From: an uncultured Nitrospiraceae bacterium
Lineage (GTDB): Bacteria; Nitrospirota; Nitrospiria; Nitrospirales; Nitrospiraceae
Length of the DNA: 64,000 nucleotides
NCBI GenBank assembly: GCA_963730935.1
Contig: CAVSTP010000002.1
Coordinates: 832,001-896,000 of the forward strand
Direction of reading: 5' to 3'
Shown here piece by piece: positions 40,624 to 50,775 of the stretch (position 1 is the stretch's first letter; each line of letters opens with the position of its first letter). The translations under genes and the position numbers were made by a program. The notes under the pieces are model-generated. The model did not search any database and was not told where the DNA came from. It saw only the letters and a program-made list of their open reading frames with translations.

Positions 40624-41334
40624 GTGAAAGTGATCGCGCGCGACCGGTTGATTTTGGCTCTTGATGTCCCGTCGGCAAATGAAGCTGAGCGACTGATGGA
40701 TCAAGTCCAAGACCAAGTCACCTTCGTCAAAGTGGGCCTCGAGCTGTTCACAGCGGCTGGGCCTGAAATGGTGCAGCGTCTCCTCAAACGGGGGAAGCGG
40801 GTGTTCCTCGACCTTAAATTTCTCGATATCGAGGAAACCGTCCGTCGGGCAACGGAACGCGTGGCTTCTATGGGTGTTGAGTTCCTGACGATCCATGCCA
40901 ATCGCAAAGCGCTCACGGCTGCGGTCAAGGGGCGCGGCGACTCCACCTTGAAGCTGCTGGCGGTGACCGTGCTGACGAATTTCGACAGTCATGACTTACG
41001 CGAGATGGGCATCCAGCATACGGTTCACGAATTGGTGACGGCGCGCGCGCTGCTTGCGGCCGAGGTCGGATGCGATGGCGTCGTGGCTTCAGGAGAGGAA
41101 CCGGGCGTGCTGAGACCGAAAGTCGGACCGCGCTTTCTCATCGTGACTCCCGGCGTCCGGCCAACCGGTAAGGATGTGGACGACCATGCGAGATCGACGA
41201 CGCCGACACAGACGATCGCGGCCGGCGCCGACTACCTTGTGATCGGCCGTCCCATCCGGGCCGCCTCTGATCCCGCCGCCGCCGCCGCCGTAATTTTAAG
41301 CGAGATGCAAGCGGCGTTCGATGCGAGAGGGTGA
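40624..41334 (+). CDS. pyrF: Orotidine-5'-phosphate decarboxylase
   Basis: LILALD, KVGLEL, FLDLKFLDI, VTPGVR, VIGRPI. Confidence 0.96.
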   Translation: MKVIARDRLILALDVPSANEAERLMDQVQDQVTFVKVGLELFTAAGPEMVQRLLKRGKRVFLDLKFLDIEETVRRATERVASMGVEFLTIHANRKALTAAVKGRGDSTLKLLAVTVLTNFDSHDLREMGIQHTVHELVTARALLAAEVGCDGVVASGEEPGVLRPKVGPRFLIVTPGVRPTGKDVDDHARSTTPTQTIAAGADYLVIGRPIRAASDPAAAAAVILSEMQAAFDARG

Positions 41335-41418
41335 GAATAGACAAGTTGCGGCCCTTCTTTTCACTTTGCTAAGATCACTCTTCCGCCTGTAAGTGCTTGG
41401 TACCCTCGCTCCTTCAAT

Positions 41419-41496
41419 GGTGGGTGTAGCTCAGCTGGTTAGAGCGCCGGATTGTGGATCCGGAGGTCGCGGGTTCGAAACCCGTCATCCACCCCA
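41419..41496 (+). tRNA. tRNA-His (GTG) with G-1 and encoded CCA
   Basis: Acceptor stem GTGGGTG/CATCCAC; anticodon arm CCGGA-TTGTGGA-TCCGG; T loop GGTTCGAAACC. Confidence 0.97.
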
Positions 41497-41624
41497 GCAC
41501 TCCTTCTCGGTCTCTGCGGCTTTTCAATAGCGATGAATATGCTATATCCCTTCGCGACAAAGTCTCGTTTGCCTGCCTGTCCGAGTCTCTAATGTCGATA
41601 TCTCCACGAGAAAGTGAGGAGAAG

Positions 41625-42869
41625 ATGGAGGACAAAGAGCATGCGGCTTCACTCCCTGAACAAGTGGACGGTGCTCGGGCCAAAGCTCTACTGGACGAAA
41701 TCAGATCGCGAGGAATCCATGGAGTAGCCCAACTTCTCGCCCACGAATCCATAGCGACGATCGCGACGCTCTTGACTCTTCTCCCAGATGGCGATGCAGC
41801 GGCGCTTTTGCCCATGCTCGAAGCCGAACGCCGAACTGCAATCCTCAAGGCTGTTTTGCCGGCCACAAGAGGCCGGTGGCTCCACAATCCACAATACCCG
41901 GAAGGAACTGTTGGATATCTTATGGAACCAGTCGTGGCAACCTTCTCGCCTGAGACAACCGTTGGAGAGGCGGTGGACCGACTGAGACATCTGGTGAAGC
42001 GCGCGTTTATCACTTACGGCTACGTAGTCGACGAGCGGAATCGCCTTCTGGGAGTGCTGGTGATGCGGGAATTGCTGCTAGCCGAGGCACCGCGGATAGT
42101 ACGCGATCTCATGATCGAGCGTCCCTTTTCCTTAAATGCGATGCAGCTCTTACGCGAGGTCATTCCATTGGTCCATATCCGGCACTATCCGGAATACCCT
42201 GTGTGTGATGACGAAGGCCATCTCATCGGTCTTGTGCGGGGCTATGCGCTATTTCAGGAGCAAACACGTGAACTTGTCGCTCAGCCTGGGAAAATGGTGG
42301 GACTCGTGCGAGAGGAGCGCCTGCAGAGTAGTCCTTGGCGCAGCCTCTCGTTTCGACAGTCCTGGCTCCAGGTTAATTTATTGAGCAGCTTTGTCGCTGC
42401 TGGCGTAATCGGGTATTACGAAGAGGCGGTGACACAGGCCGTCGCAGTCGCTGCCTTTCTCCCTGTGATGGTTGGACAATCGGCCAGCACCGGAGGACAA
42501 GCGCTGGCGGTCGCTTTGCGCGGACTCACCCTTGGAGAGTTAAGCCTCAACCGATGGCCCACGCTTATCAACAAGGAAGCGGTAGTTGGCACGGCTAATG
42601 GTGCGCTGGTCGGGCTGACCGCCGCTCTTGGCATGTATGCCTATGCCACGTTCCATGGCCATGCAGAGGCGGTGAAACTTTCGTTGGTCATGCTTTTGGC
42701 CATGATTTTCTCTACGACGGTAAGTAGTGTGGTTGGGGCCGTAACACCGTTTCTGATGAAGCGCTCCGGTTTCGATCCGGCAACAGCGGCCACCATTATT
42801 GTCGGGGGCATTACGAGAATCGTCAGCATTCTCGCCTTCTTAGCGCTCACCCGATGGATCGTACTGTGA
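41625..42869 (+). CDS. mgtE: MgtE-family transporter (CBS pair plus 5 TM), atypical pore residues
   Basis: YPEGTVGYLM, YVVDERNRLLG, WLQVNL, GFDPA; GAGGAG RBS (alternative start 41592). Confidence 0.85.
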   Translation: MEDKEHAASLPEQVDGARAKALLDEIRSRGIHGVAQLLAHESIATIATLLTLLPDGDAAALLPMLEAERRTAILKAVLPATRGRWLHNPQYPEGTVGYLMEPVVATFSPETTVGEAVDRLRHLVKRAFITYGYVVDERNRLLGVLVMRELLLAEAPRIVRDLMIERPFSLNAMQLLREVIPLVHIRHYPEYPVCDDEGHLIGLVRGYALFQEQTRELVAQPGKMVGLVREERLQSSPWRSLSFRQSWLQVNLLSSFVAAGVIGYYEEAVTQAVAVAAFLPVMVGQSASTGGQALAVALRGLTLGELSLNRWPTLINKEAVVGTANGALVGLTAALGMYAYATFHGHAEAVKLSLVMLLAMIFSTTVSSVVGAVTPFLMKRSGFDPATAATIIVGGITRIVSILAFLALTRWIVL

Positions 42870-42920
42870 CGGAAACGATCTCGAGGCAACTGCTTGAGTT
42901 GAATGAAGGGCCTAGTTTCC

Positions 42921-45500
42921 TTAGGAAGAAACCCCTGCTGTTCCGATAATTTGAGCGATCGCCACAGGTCGTTGAACGCCTTTCAATTTAATTTCTCCAA
43001 TCGATTCGACGCTGACGAGTTCCTTGACCAACGTGACGACTCGATCGGAAATGAGAATCTGACCATGTTGTGCCTCACTGCACAAGTGAGCAGCTAAGTT
43101 GGTAACCGGCCCGATCGCGGCGTAGTCCTTGCGTCCTTCAAATCCAATGGCACCTATCGTGGCATAGCCCGTCGCGATGCCTATCCCTGCGCCGAGTTGT
43201 ATACCCTGTGTCTTCCATACATCCCGCAATAAGTCCACCGCCTGCCGCATGGCGAGGGCCAATCTCACCGCTTGCTGTGCATGATTAGGACAAGGGAGCG
43301 GATCATTAAAATAGATCATCACTGCATCGCCCACGAACCGTTCTAACGTACCTCCATATTCAGAAATCAGGCGGCCCATAACCGTCTGATAGTCACGAAG
43401 AACGGTCATGACTTCTTCAGGTGCTGCGCTCTCGACAAAGGCAGTGAAGCCCCGCAGATCAATAAACAACACTGTGATCTCTTCTCGATGCCCCTTCAGA
43501 AAATCTTCATGCTCTCCGGACATAATCATCTCAGCGAGGTTGGGTGGCAGGAATCTAGCGATTTTCTCCTTCTGTAACTGCACAAGCTCCCGTTCTTGCG
43601 CCCGTGTGCGAATCAAGTTTCCGACGCGTGCCAACAATTCAAGTTCGTCGAACGGCTTGGACAGGTAATCATCGGCCCCTGCATCCAAGCTTTCGATCCG
43701 AGCCTCAGTCCCCGCCCGGGCGGTGAGGAAAATCACAGGGACGGACTGAAGGCCTTTGTCATGCCGGATAGCCTGCAAGAGGTCATGCCCGCTCATTTTT
43801 GGCATCATGACGTCCGTCACGATCAATTCCGGATGATGGCGCTGAGCTTGCTCCAATCCTTCGGCGCCATCCTTTGCCAACACAATCCGATAGTCCTTTC
43901 GCAGGATCCGTTCAACATACCTGCGCATGTCGGCATTGTCATCGACGACCAATATCAGTGGCGCATTCATCTTTGGGGTGGGGCTGCTAAATGTCTCTTC
44001 CTCTTGTTTCTCGTCCGGCTGGAGAGGAAGAAGGGTGTAATCGTCCTCTTCTTCCGACACGGCAAAGCCATGGTCTTGAGTGATGTTTCCACGAGGAAAT
44101 GTCATGGTGAAGATGGAGCCACGTCCTAAGTCGCTTTCTACCACGATCGTTCCGTCATGGAGCGCGACGATCTCCTTAACCAGTGCCAATCCGATTCCAC
44201 TACCTTCGTATCGTCTCGTCGCACCTCCTTCAACTTGCGTGAAGCGGTCGAAGATGCGTGCCAATTGGTCGCGGGGAATGCCAATGCCATTGTCCTCAAT
44301 CTCCAACTCAATAGCGTGCTCCTTGGAGACAAGCCGGATCCACACTTGCCCGATCTGAGGATCGCTGAATTTGAAGGCGTTAGAAAGCAAGTTGTACAAA
44401 ATCTTCTTCAATTGTCGGGCGTCAGCTTCTATTGGCACCGGTTCCGTCAGACCTTTGAGATGGATCCGGCGGGTGGGACTGGAATCGAAATTTGTCACGA
44501 CGCCTCGGACTAAGGCAGCGAAATCGATACACCGTTTTCTGAGTGTCGCTCGACCACTGTCAAACTTAGCTAGATCCAATAATTCATTGATAAGAAAGAG
44601 CAGCCTGGAGGCATTCCGTATTCCGCCCTTGACGAGGTCATGAACTTCTTCGCTCAGTGAACTCTTTAACAGCGTTCCAAAGGCACCCAACGTGAGAGTG
44701 AGAGGCGTGCGAATTTCATGGCTGATGTTGGCGAAGAAGTCGCTTTTCAAGCGATCCAGTTCAAGCAGTTTCCGATTGGAGACTTCCAACTCCCGTCGAG
44801 CCTGGCGTTCGAAGACTCGGGCTTGAAACTCGGCTCGCTGCAATCGTTCGTACAGCGAAACCGAGAACAAGATGGCCACGCAAGTCCACACAAGAAAGAA
44901 TGAGTTTTCGATGGCTCTGTTGATATCAACGGTGGTCGTATGTGAGAACCAATTGGCCCCGTAATACGCAGCAAGCGTTCCGGCTTGGGCGAGCCAATGG
45001 ATGGGCCAGGAAACAGGCACGATGACGGCTGCGGCTAAAAAGACGAGATTGAGACCGTTGTAGTACTGCGCCGCAAAGCCCCCGAGCACGATGGTCATTT
45101 TGACGATGCACAAATTGCCGATTAATACCCACAGCACGACAAGCGTACTCGGAGGTATAACTGCCGGCCTTATCCGCACAATGAGAAAGCCACAGAGGAG
45201 GCCAACTTCTAAGACGAGGCGAATGTTGAAGAGTGTCTCGAGATGCTCTCGGTAGAGGAGTACGTCGGCGACGATGAAGACAGGATTCGCAACCAATCCA
45301 AGGATATACAGGAGTGTGAGTCGTTCCCAAACAAAGCCCGCGCGCCAATCAGTGTAGTTGCCCGACTCCGGAGACTGTGAAGGATCATCCTTGGCCGTTA
45401 TGAGCTGGTAGAGATAGCTGCGGAACTTGGAAACCACCAGTCCAGGACTCGCGATCACGTCAGAACCTATAACTGATAGTGTTGTAAATGTAATAGGCAC
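42921..45500 (-). CDS. Hybrid membrane sensor: TM domain-HisKA-HATPase-REC-class III nucleotide cyclase
   Basis: SHEIRTPL, NLLSNAFKF, DNGIG, GSGIGL; VVDD..TDVMMP..KPF; LFIDLRGFT, FVGDA, TNLAA; true start uncertain. Confidence 0.88.
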   Translation of the reverse strand: MPITFTTLSVIGSDVIASPGLVVSKFRSYLYQLITAKDDPSQSPESGNYTDWRAGFVWERLTLLYILGLVANPVFIVADVLLYREHLETLFNIRLVLEVGLLCGFLIVRIRPAVIPPSTLVVLWVLIGNLCIVKMTIVLGGFAAQYYNGLNLVFLAAAVIVPVSWPIHWLAQAGTLAAYYGANWFSHTTTVDINRAIENSFFLVWTCVAILFSVSLYERLQRAEFQARVFERQARRELEVSNRKLLELDRLKSDFFANISHEIRTPLTLTLGAFGTLLKSSLSEEVHDLVKGGIRNASRLLFLINELLDLAKFDSGRATLRKRCIDFAALVRGVVTNFDSSPTRRIHLKGLTEPVPIEADARQLKKILYNLLSNAFKFSDPQIGQVWIRLVSKEHAIELEIEDNGIGIPRDQLARIFDRFTQVEGGATRRYEGSGIGLALVKEIVALHDGTIVVESDLGRGSIFTMTFPRGNITQDHGFAVSEEEDDYTLLPLQPDEKQEEETFSSPTPKMNAPLILVVDDNADMRRYVERILRKDYRIVLAKDGAEGLEQAQRHHPELIVTDVMMPKMSGHDLLQAIRHDKGLQSVPVIFLTARAGTEARIESLDAGADDYLSKPFDELELLARVGNLIRTRAQERELVQLQKEKIARFLPPNLAEMIMSGEHEDFLKGHREEITVLFIDLRGFTAFVESAAPEEVMTVLRDYQTVMGRLISEYGGTLERFVGDAVMIYFNDPLPCPNHAQQAVRLALAMRQAVDLLRDVWKTQGIQLGAGIGIATGYATIGAIGFEGRKDYAAIGPVTNLAAHLCSEAQHGQILISDRVVTLVKELVSVESIGEIKLKGVQRPVAIAQIIGTAGVSS

Positions 45501-46833
45501 TCACGGATTCCGTTGCGTTCGGACCGAAAGGCAGTGACGCATTCGTATACGTCACGGTGTTTTTCAAGCCGTAAATGCCACCCAGATCATAAGCCCATCG
45601 TTCCGTAAAGCGGAACCCGAAACCACCCGCAAAGTGGTGCTCGAGAATCAGCGGAGCGATTGGGCTCAGTGTTTGATTTGGAACGGGATTATTATTGTAA
45701 TTGTAGCCCGCTCTGACAACTAGCCGATTGCTGTCTTTCCAGGACGGTTCTTGCATAAGGGCGTAAGAGAATCCCAGGGCGACCACAACCTGGTCTTTCC
45801 AATTAAACGGAATGCTCAACGTCACCTGAGAAGGAGCCAGCGGGTTGCTGGGGTTGGTCGCAGTTATATCAATGTTGTGAATGGTGGCCCAGTTGATCCA
45901 ACTGGTCGTCAGCGCCATCGTGAACTGCTCTGTCGGTTTGGCAGCCATGGAGACATCGACCTGCTGTGGCCATTTGATGCCAGCTACCTGTGCATCATAG
46001 GTCACGTTTCCCAAGCCAAATGCCGAGAAATTTAGGGTCGATTGACCGTTGGTGTAATTAAAACTTACTGGGGAGGTATATGTCGCTCCGACCGTCAACC
46101 ATGGAAGGGCACGGTACATGGCTCCTACCTTCACTCCAAACACGACGTCTGAAGGGCATTCGTCTCCCAGGCCACCGAGCCCACCGTTCCGCGCACAGCG
46201 GTCACGGATGTTGAAGCCCGCAAACCCCGTGGGAAGGCCAGCGGAAGGGAGCACAGAAGTGCCGGGAAACAAGCGCAACGACACATCGGAATATCCAATG
46301 CTCGGTGCAATTCCAAAGGATAGCTTATCGGAAACTTCATAGCTCAATGCCATAGCAAATTTAAAGTAGCGCAGAAAAGAAGACTCATCATCGCGAGTGC
46401 CGAAGGCCGTCATAAGGTTTCGAAAATCTGTCCCGAATCCTCCCTGGGTAAATATTCCAGCACCAATAGTTAAACCAGGCACTGAGGGAAGCCGAGTGGC
46501 AAACCCGAGATTTCCCAACGCGAAAGCATTCGCCTGGCCAGCAACATTGGTGTTTCCAAAAACGTCCGAGTGATTCAAAAATGCCTGCAGTACACCGGCG
46601 GTGAAATCGAAACGAGTTCCGTCGATTAACGATAGAGCGGCGGGATTCGTGTTGATGGCGGAGGTATCGGCAATTGCGACATGGCCGGATCCAGCCATCG
46701 CTGTCGACTCAGCGGAGAATCCGATCAGTTGAGCGCCGTTGATACCGTAGACCGTCTTGGGAATGAAGAGAGTGGAGCTAAGGCCAAAGAATAGGAGTAA
46801 CCACTTTGCAAACGGCTTCGTGGTCAGCACCAT
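45460..46833 (-). CDS. OmpP1/FadL/TodX family outer-membrane channel
   Basis: Signal peptide; AMAG..D..AINTNPAAL hatch motif; WKDQ; RAGYNY; C-terminal SYRF. Confidence 0.85.
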   Translation of the reverse strand: MVLTTKPFAKWLLLFFGLSSTLFIPKTVYGINGAQLIGFSAESTAMAGSGHVAIADTSAINTNPAALSLIDGTRFDFTAGVLQAFLNHSDVFGNTNVAGQANAFALGNLGFATRLPSVPGLTIGAGIFTQGGFGTDFRNLMTAFGTRDDESSFLRYFKFAMALSYEVSDKLSFGIAPSIGYSDVSLRLFPGTSVLPSAGLPTGFAGFNIRDRCARNGGLGGLGDECPSDVVFGVKVGAMYRALPWLTVGATYTSPVSFNYTNGQSTLNFSAFGLGNVTYDAQVAGIKWPQQVDVSMAAKPTEQFTMALTTSWINWATIHNIDITATNPSNPLAPSQVTLSIPFNWKDQVVVALGFSYALMQEPSWKDSNRLVVRAGYNYNNNPVPNQTLSPIAPLILEHHFAGGFGFRFTERWAYDLGGIYGLKNTVTYTNASLPFGPNATESVSAYYIYNTISYRF

Positions 46834-47111
46834 CTTAATTCCACGTTGTTCGCCAACTGCGAGTGCTTGGGATAAAGATCAAGATATTTTAATCCCGCGC
46901 AGCGAAGCCGATTCTAGAAAACGCTAGTAAGACGCGCAATAGGGCCGAATGGGGAATGCATGAATACGTGTATTTCTATGGGGGGGCTTCATCCAGGAGA
47001 GGCTTTGTTGACTTTTGGCAGCGTTGTGCAGGCCAAAACAAATTCACAAGTGTCGGGCCTGGCCGGATCCTTTTTAGTGGTCCGTCTATGGCAACCGGAT
47101 TATCTGGATAT

Positions 47112-48419
47112 TCAAGAAAGAAGGGACTTCAGAGGTCGAAGGGGCAAATAAATATGAAACGTTGTTCCGAGATCCAGTTGACTCTCCACCGAAATTTTCC
47201 CGTTGTGAGCATCCACCACGTCCTTAACAATCTTCGTCCCAAGCCCAGTGCCCCCGCGCTTACTACTCTTGGCCGCGGGGGTAAACAGTGTGTCGCGGAT
47301 TTCGGGCGGCATTCCTTTTCCGGTGTCTGATACCGTGATATGAATGGACACGCCCACCGGTTCTTCTTTGGCAGCGACTGTAATACTTCCTTTCGGGGAC
47401 ACTTCAGGAATGGCGTTGTTAATGAGGTTGTATAGGGCATTGAACAGCCGCCGATCGTCAGCCACAATTTCAGGGACCCGGTCAAGCCCAGAAGTTTGGA
47501 TGGCCACTTTCTTCTGTTCGGCCCACCAGCTGAGCGTCTCGATGACTTCTTTCACAATTCGATCGAGCCGGCATGGTGCGAACACCGGTGGTGAGGTGAG
47601 CCCCTTCACGCAATCGGCAATCTCCTTCACGCGGTCTTGTATTCGGCGTGTCGAGTTGTTGACCATCTGGACCACATCTTGGCATCGATCGAACCGTTCT
47701 TTCGCCCGCCCGTCTTTATGGCTGAGAGCGTCTTGCAGCAGCTCTTGGAGGTCGCCCTGCATCAATTCTGCCCCGCAGACCACCGGCATCAGAAGATTCT
47801 TGATGTCATGGCCAATATCGCCAAGCACCTGGACTACTTCTGCTAATTTCGCCTCTTGGTATAGGCGAGCCCGCTCGATGGACGAAGCCGTGATCGCAGA
47901 CACAATGGTCAAAATGGCGAGGTCCTCTCCATTGAGCAAACCTTCCCGCTTGTTCATCACTTGAAGCACGCCAATCGGGTCGCCTTCCCAGCGCTTCAAG
48001 GGAAGGGTGATGAGATCCCGCGTGCGATAGCCGGTCAATCGATCGACCGACTCGAGATGACGTGGATCCTTTTGTGCGTCAGGAGTGACGATGGGGTTCC
48101 CGGATTGAAACACCGTGCCGGCAAAGCCTTTATCCCAAGGAATCGAAGTCCCAGAGGGCACTGAAGTGGTGCCAATGGAATGATGAAATATCAATTGTTC
48201 CGAAGGCGGGTCGGCCAATAAAATTGACCCGCATTCGGCATTAACCACCTCGATGGCAATCTGCAGCGCCTTGACGACCAATTCATCGAGTGCGAGATGT
48301 TCGAATAACGCGTTTGTAATTCGCGTGGCCGCCTCAATTTCTCTTTCGCAGCGCAGCCGTCGCCTATCCTTATACCGTCGTTCGATATGCCGTCGATCTT
48401 CTTTGGGTCCAGGAAACAT
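47112..48419 (-). CDS. Cytoplasmic GAF-domain histidine kinase
   Basis: GAF with NKREG motif; GHDIKN, NLINNA, DTGKG, GGTGLG. Confidence 0.88.
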   Translation of the reverse strand: MFPGPKEDRRHIERRYKDRRRLRCEREIEAATRITNALFEHLALDELVVKALQIAIEVVNAECGSILLADPPSEQLIFHHSIGTTSVPSGTSIPWDKGFAGTVFQSGNPIVTPDAQKDPRHLESVDRLTGYRTRDLITLPLKRWEGDPIGVLQVMNKREGLLNGEDLAILTIVSAITASSIERARLYQEAKLAEVVQVLGDIGHDIKNLLMPVVCGAELMQGDLQELLQDALSHKDGRAKERFDRCQDVVQMVNNSTRRIQDRVKEIADCVKGLTSPPVFAPCRLDRIVKEVIETLSWWAEQKKVAIQTSGLDRVPEIVADDRRLFNALYNLINNAIPEVSPKGSITVAAKEEPVGVSIHITVSDTGKGMPPEIRDTLFTPAAKSSKRGGTGLGTKIVKDVVDAHNGKISVESQLDLGTTFHIYLPLRPLKSLLS

Positions 48420-49053
48420 TCCAAACTCAATGTTGTTTCAGGCGAGGCTTTTCTCGCGATCGAAAAGCTCGACCAGAGGAGCGGGAGCATAGCATGTTTG
48501 CAAACTCCTTGCGATAAGAGCAGGTCTAGAAATAAGGCAGGTGAGGTCGTTTCCTAACCCCGGCCGAACTCTAGGCTCCTAGATCGCGCCGGGAATGTCC
48601 AGCATCGCCGTCTGCAAAGCCGGCGCTGGAGGAAGCCCCGTAATTTAAGCGTCTCCCGCGACAACGGTTGATGAGCGTCTTCGGACTGAGCCGTCAAGTC
48701 TCCCTATCAGGTGTCTTCTGACTCTGATCTGCTACCACGGTGCTACCAGGACAGGACAACTCAGGCCCATCTGTACTCGCTTCTGGAGCAACCTCTTTTG
48801 TGGCTTCTTGTGGGGTTAGGTTGGGGAAGGTTAGGCTTTCGGAAATTCGTAAACCGCAGGTCGCCTCTAGCTTCCAGGTGCAATGACTGACCGGTCATTG
48901 CACGTCTTAAAGACTCCTAAAAAAAGGGTGCGCCTGGGGTGCGTAGGGTGCGAAATCGTGGCATGGTTTGGCAGGGGTTGACACTGGAAACTCCACGATT
49001 CGCACGCCATTCACACTCGTCTAGCTAATTCGAAACCCGTCATCCACCCCAGC

Positions 49054-49550
49054 CCCCTTCCTCGTAACTGCTGGAGAATGCAGCCGATCCGATGAGGTGG
49101 CTCCCGGGAAAACGGGGGCCGGTTGCGCCGGGGTTGCAGATTCGGGCCTCAACGACCGTTCTTCGACACCGACATCCAGACGGTCGACCCGCGTGTTTGT
49201 TCCCACCCGGAATGAGATGCCCATAGACATCGACGGTGACCTGGATAGAACAATGGCCCATCTGCTCTTTCACATACACGGGATTCTCGCCGTTCTGGAG
49301 CAAGAGGGAGGCAAACGTATGACGAAGATCATGGAAGCGCACCTGCCGTACGCCGGCGCCCTTCAACAACCGGAAAAATCGAAGACGCACCCAGTTCTGA
49401 TGGAAGGGCTTGCCTTGATGGTCACAGAAAACCCAGGGTGAAGCGGCGTCCTGATCGTGCGTGGCCGCGTCTAACTGTCGATCGAATTGCAAGGCCTCCA
49501 GGGTCGCCGTCAGTTGTTGAGAGAGGTCGATGCGACGGGAGTCCCCGCTC
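49054..49550 (-). pseudogene. Tyrosine recombinase/integrase C-terminal remnant
   Basis: SRRIDLS, RFHDLRHTFASLLL, MGHCSIQVTVDVYGH; N-terminal two-thirds missing; apparent frameshift near 49195 (VDRLD...SATPAQP continues in another frame). Confidence 0.85.
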
Positions 49551-49753
49551 CAGTCCCTTTGTGGAAGAAGCGCTCCGGTATCAAGATCACCCCGACTTAG
49601 CGCCTTTCCTTGTGGGGAGCGGAGCAGCACAAGGAGGTCTTTGGCATGCTCAGCAAAGGTGTAAATGGTCTGTCGAACGTCCAATGACCACGCAGGACGG
49701 CGATCATGCAGAATTGGGGCGATGAAGCCCCTATCGAACTTTACGAGCGAGCA

Positions 49754-49900
49754 TCAAGCAGCGATCACCGGTCTCGGTTTGTCACCTGCGTGCCATCGAC
49801 GGAAACAGTTGACGCACACGTACTGAAGAATCGAAGTCCCCTTCCGCAGATCTACGACTTCTTCGGGCATGAGTGTGCCGTCACATTTCCAGCATCGCAT
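49754..49900 (-). CDS. 48-aa Zn-ribbon-like protein
   Basis: MRCWKCDG...YVCVNCFRRW (two CxxC motifs). Confidence 0.6.
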   Translation of the reverse strand: MRCWKCDGTLMPEEVVDLRKGTSILQYVCVNCFRRWHAGDKPRPVIAA

Positions 49901-50423
49901 CGGAAACCTTGGTCTTCCAACGTGTGCTTCGAGACGATTGTCTTTGTAGGGCACGTAATCCTCCTTGGCCAGGTTCTTGAGTTGCTGATCCAACAGGACG
50001 ACTGGGTGCCGGGCCAGGGTCTTGGTCATCGGCTGCTCCACTTTCCAGTCGTCAGTCGAGATGATTTTTCGGCCTCGTAGGGCATAACGATTTGGAAGTT
50101 TACGACTTCTAATTTTATGCCTTCTCCAAAAAAACATATGTAACGGTGCGCAGATGATGGTGGACGGTGATGGCGATGAAACTGGGATTTCTGAAGTGGT
50201 GAAACCATAGCAGGACCAATTAACAAAGTCTTTAGTCCATTGAGTCCTGGAAGTAGCCCTAGAGCTGTCGCACCGTAGTGCCACTGGGCCTTTGGGAAGT
50301 CGGTGCAAGTCCGTAGGAATCGCTGTCGATGGCGACTGAAACTCGAGCCAGGGTCCTCGCCTCAAAAGCACACCACTTGTGATCTAAGAAAAAGCTCTAC
50401 AAAGGGCTCTAAAGAGGGAACAA

Positions 50424-50495
50424 GTAGTGAAACTGATGCCGTCAGTTGTTGTCATGGACATTAATATGCCAGGAATGAACGGCATGTAGGCGACC
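50424..50495 (+). pseudogene. Receiver-domain fragment
   Basis: LMPSVVVMDINMPGMNGM*AT with an in-frame TAG. Confidence 0.6.
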
Positions 50496-50775
50496 GGGCC
50501 GATCATGCCAGCGAGCGTGGCCTGAATTGACAGTGGTTTCTAACTAGCTCTTCGGCGTCTGCGGATCTTGGGTGATGATCTCTTCAACCAGGGAATCATT
50601 GAAGTGTTGGGTAGTTCTTGGGGCTCCTTACGCGTTCTTAGGTAGGTCCTCCAGCCTTTACCAGATGCGGGTTTGCGGCCTGCTTGCTTTTTTGCCATCG
50701 CATTATCGTACCACATGAAGTGTTATGCGGTTGTCGTTGTTGGGTGCATATGCGGTTTGAAAATGCGGTGGAATA

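Larger units (their letters stand above)
41474..49053. mobile_element. Genomic island 1 at tRNA-His (~7.6 kb, no integrase seen)
   Basis: 25-bp direct repeat TTCGAAACCCGTCATCCACCCCAGC at 41474 and 49029. Confidence 0.8.

Noticed and set aside
41454..41591. MgtE ORF starting inside tRNA-His
   Set aside because: Open-frame artefact; better starts exist at 41592 and 41625
49029..49053. Possible extra tRNA genes at 49029 and 58935
   Set aside because: Only the T-loop and 3' acceptor strand are present; these are att repeats
49040..49684. 214-aa ORF as a functional integrase
   Set aside because: Chimeric: lacks the N-terminal domains and the first catalytic Arg region, and has a frameshifted tail
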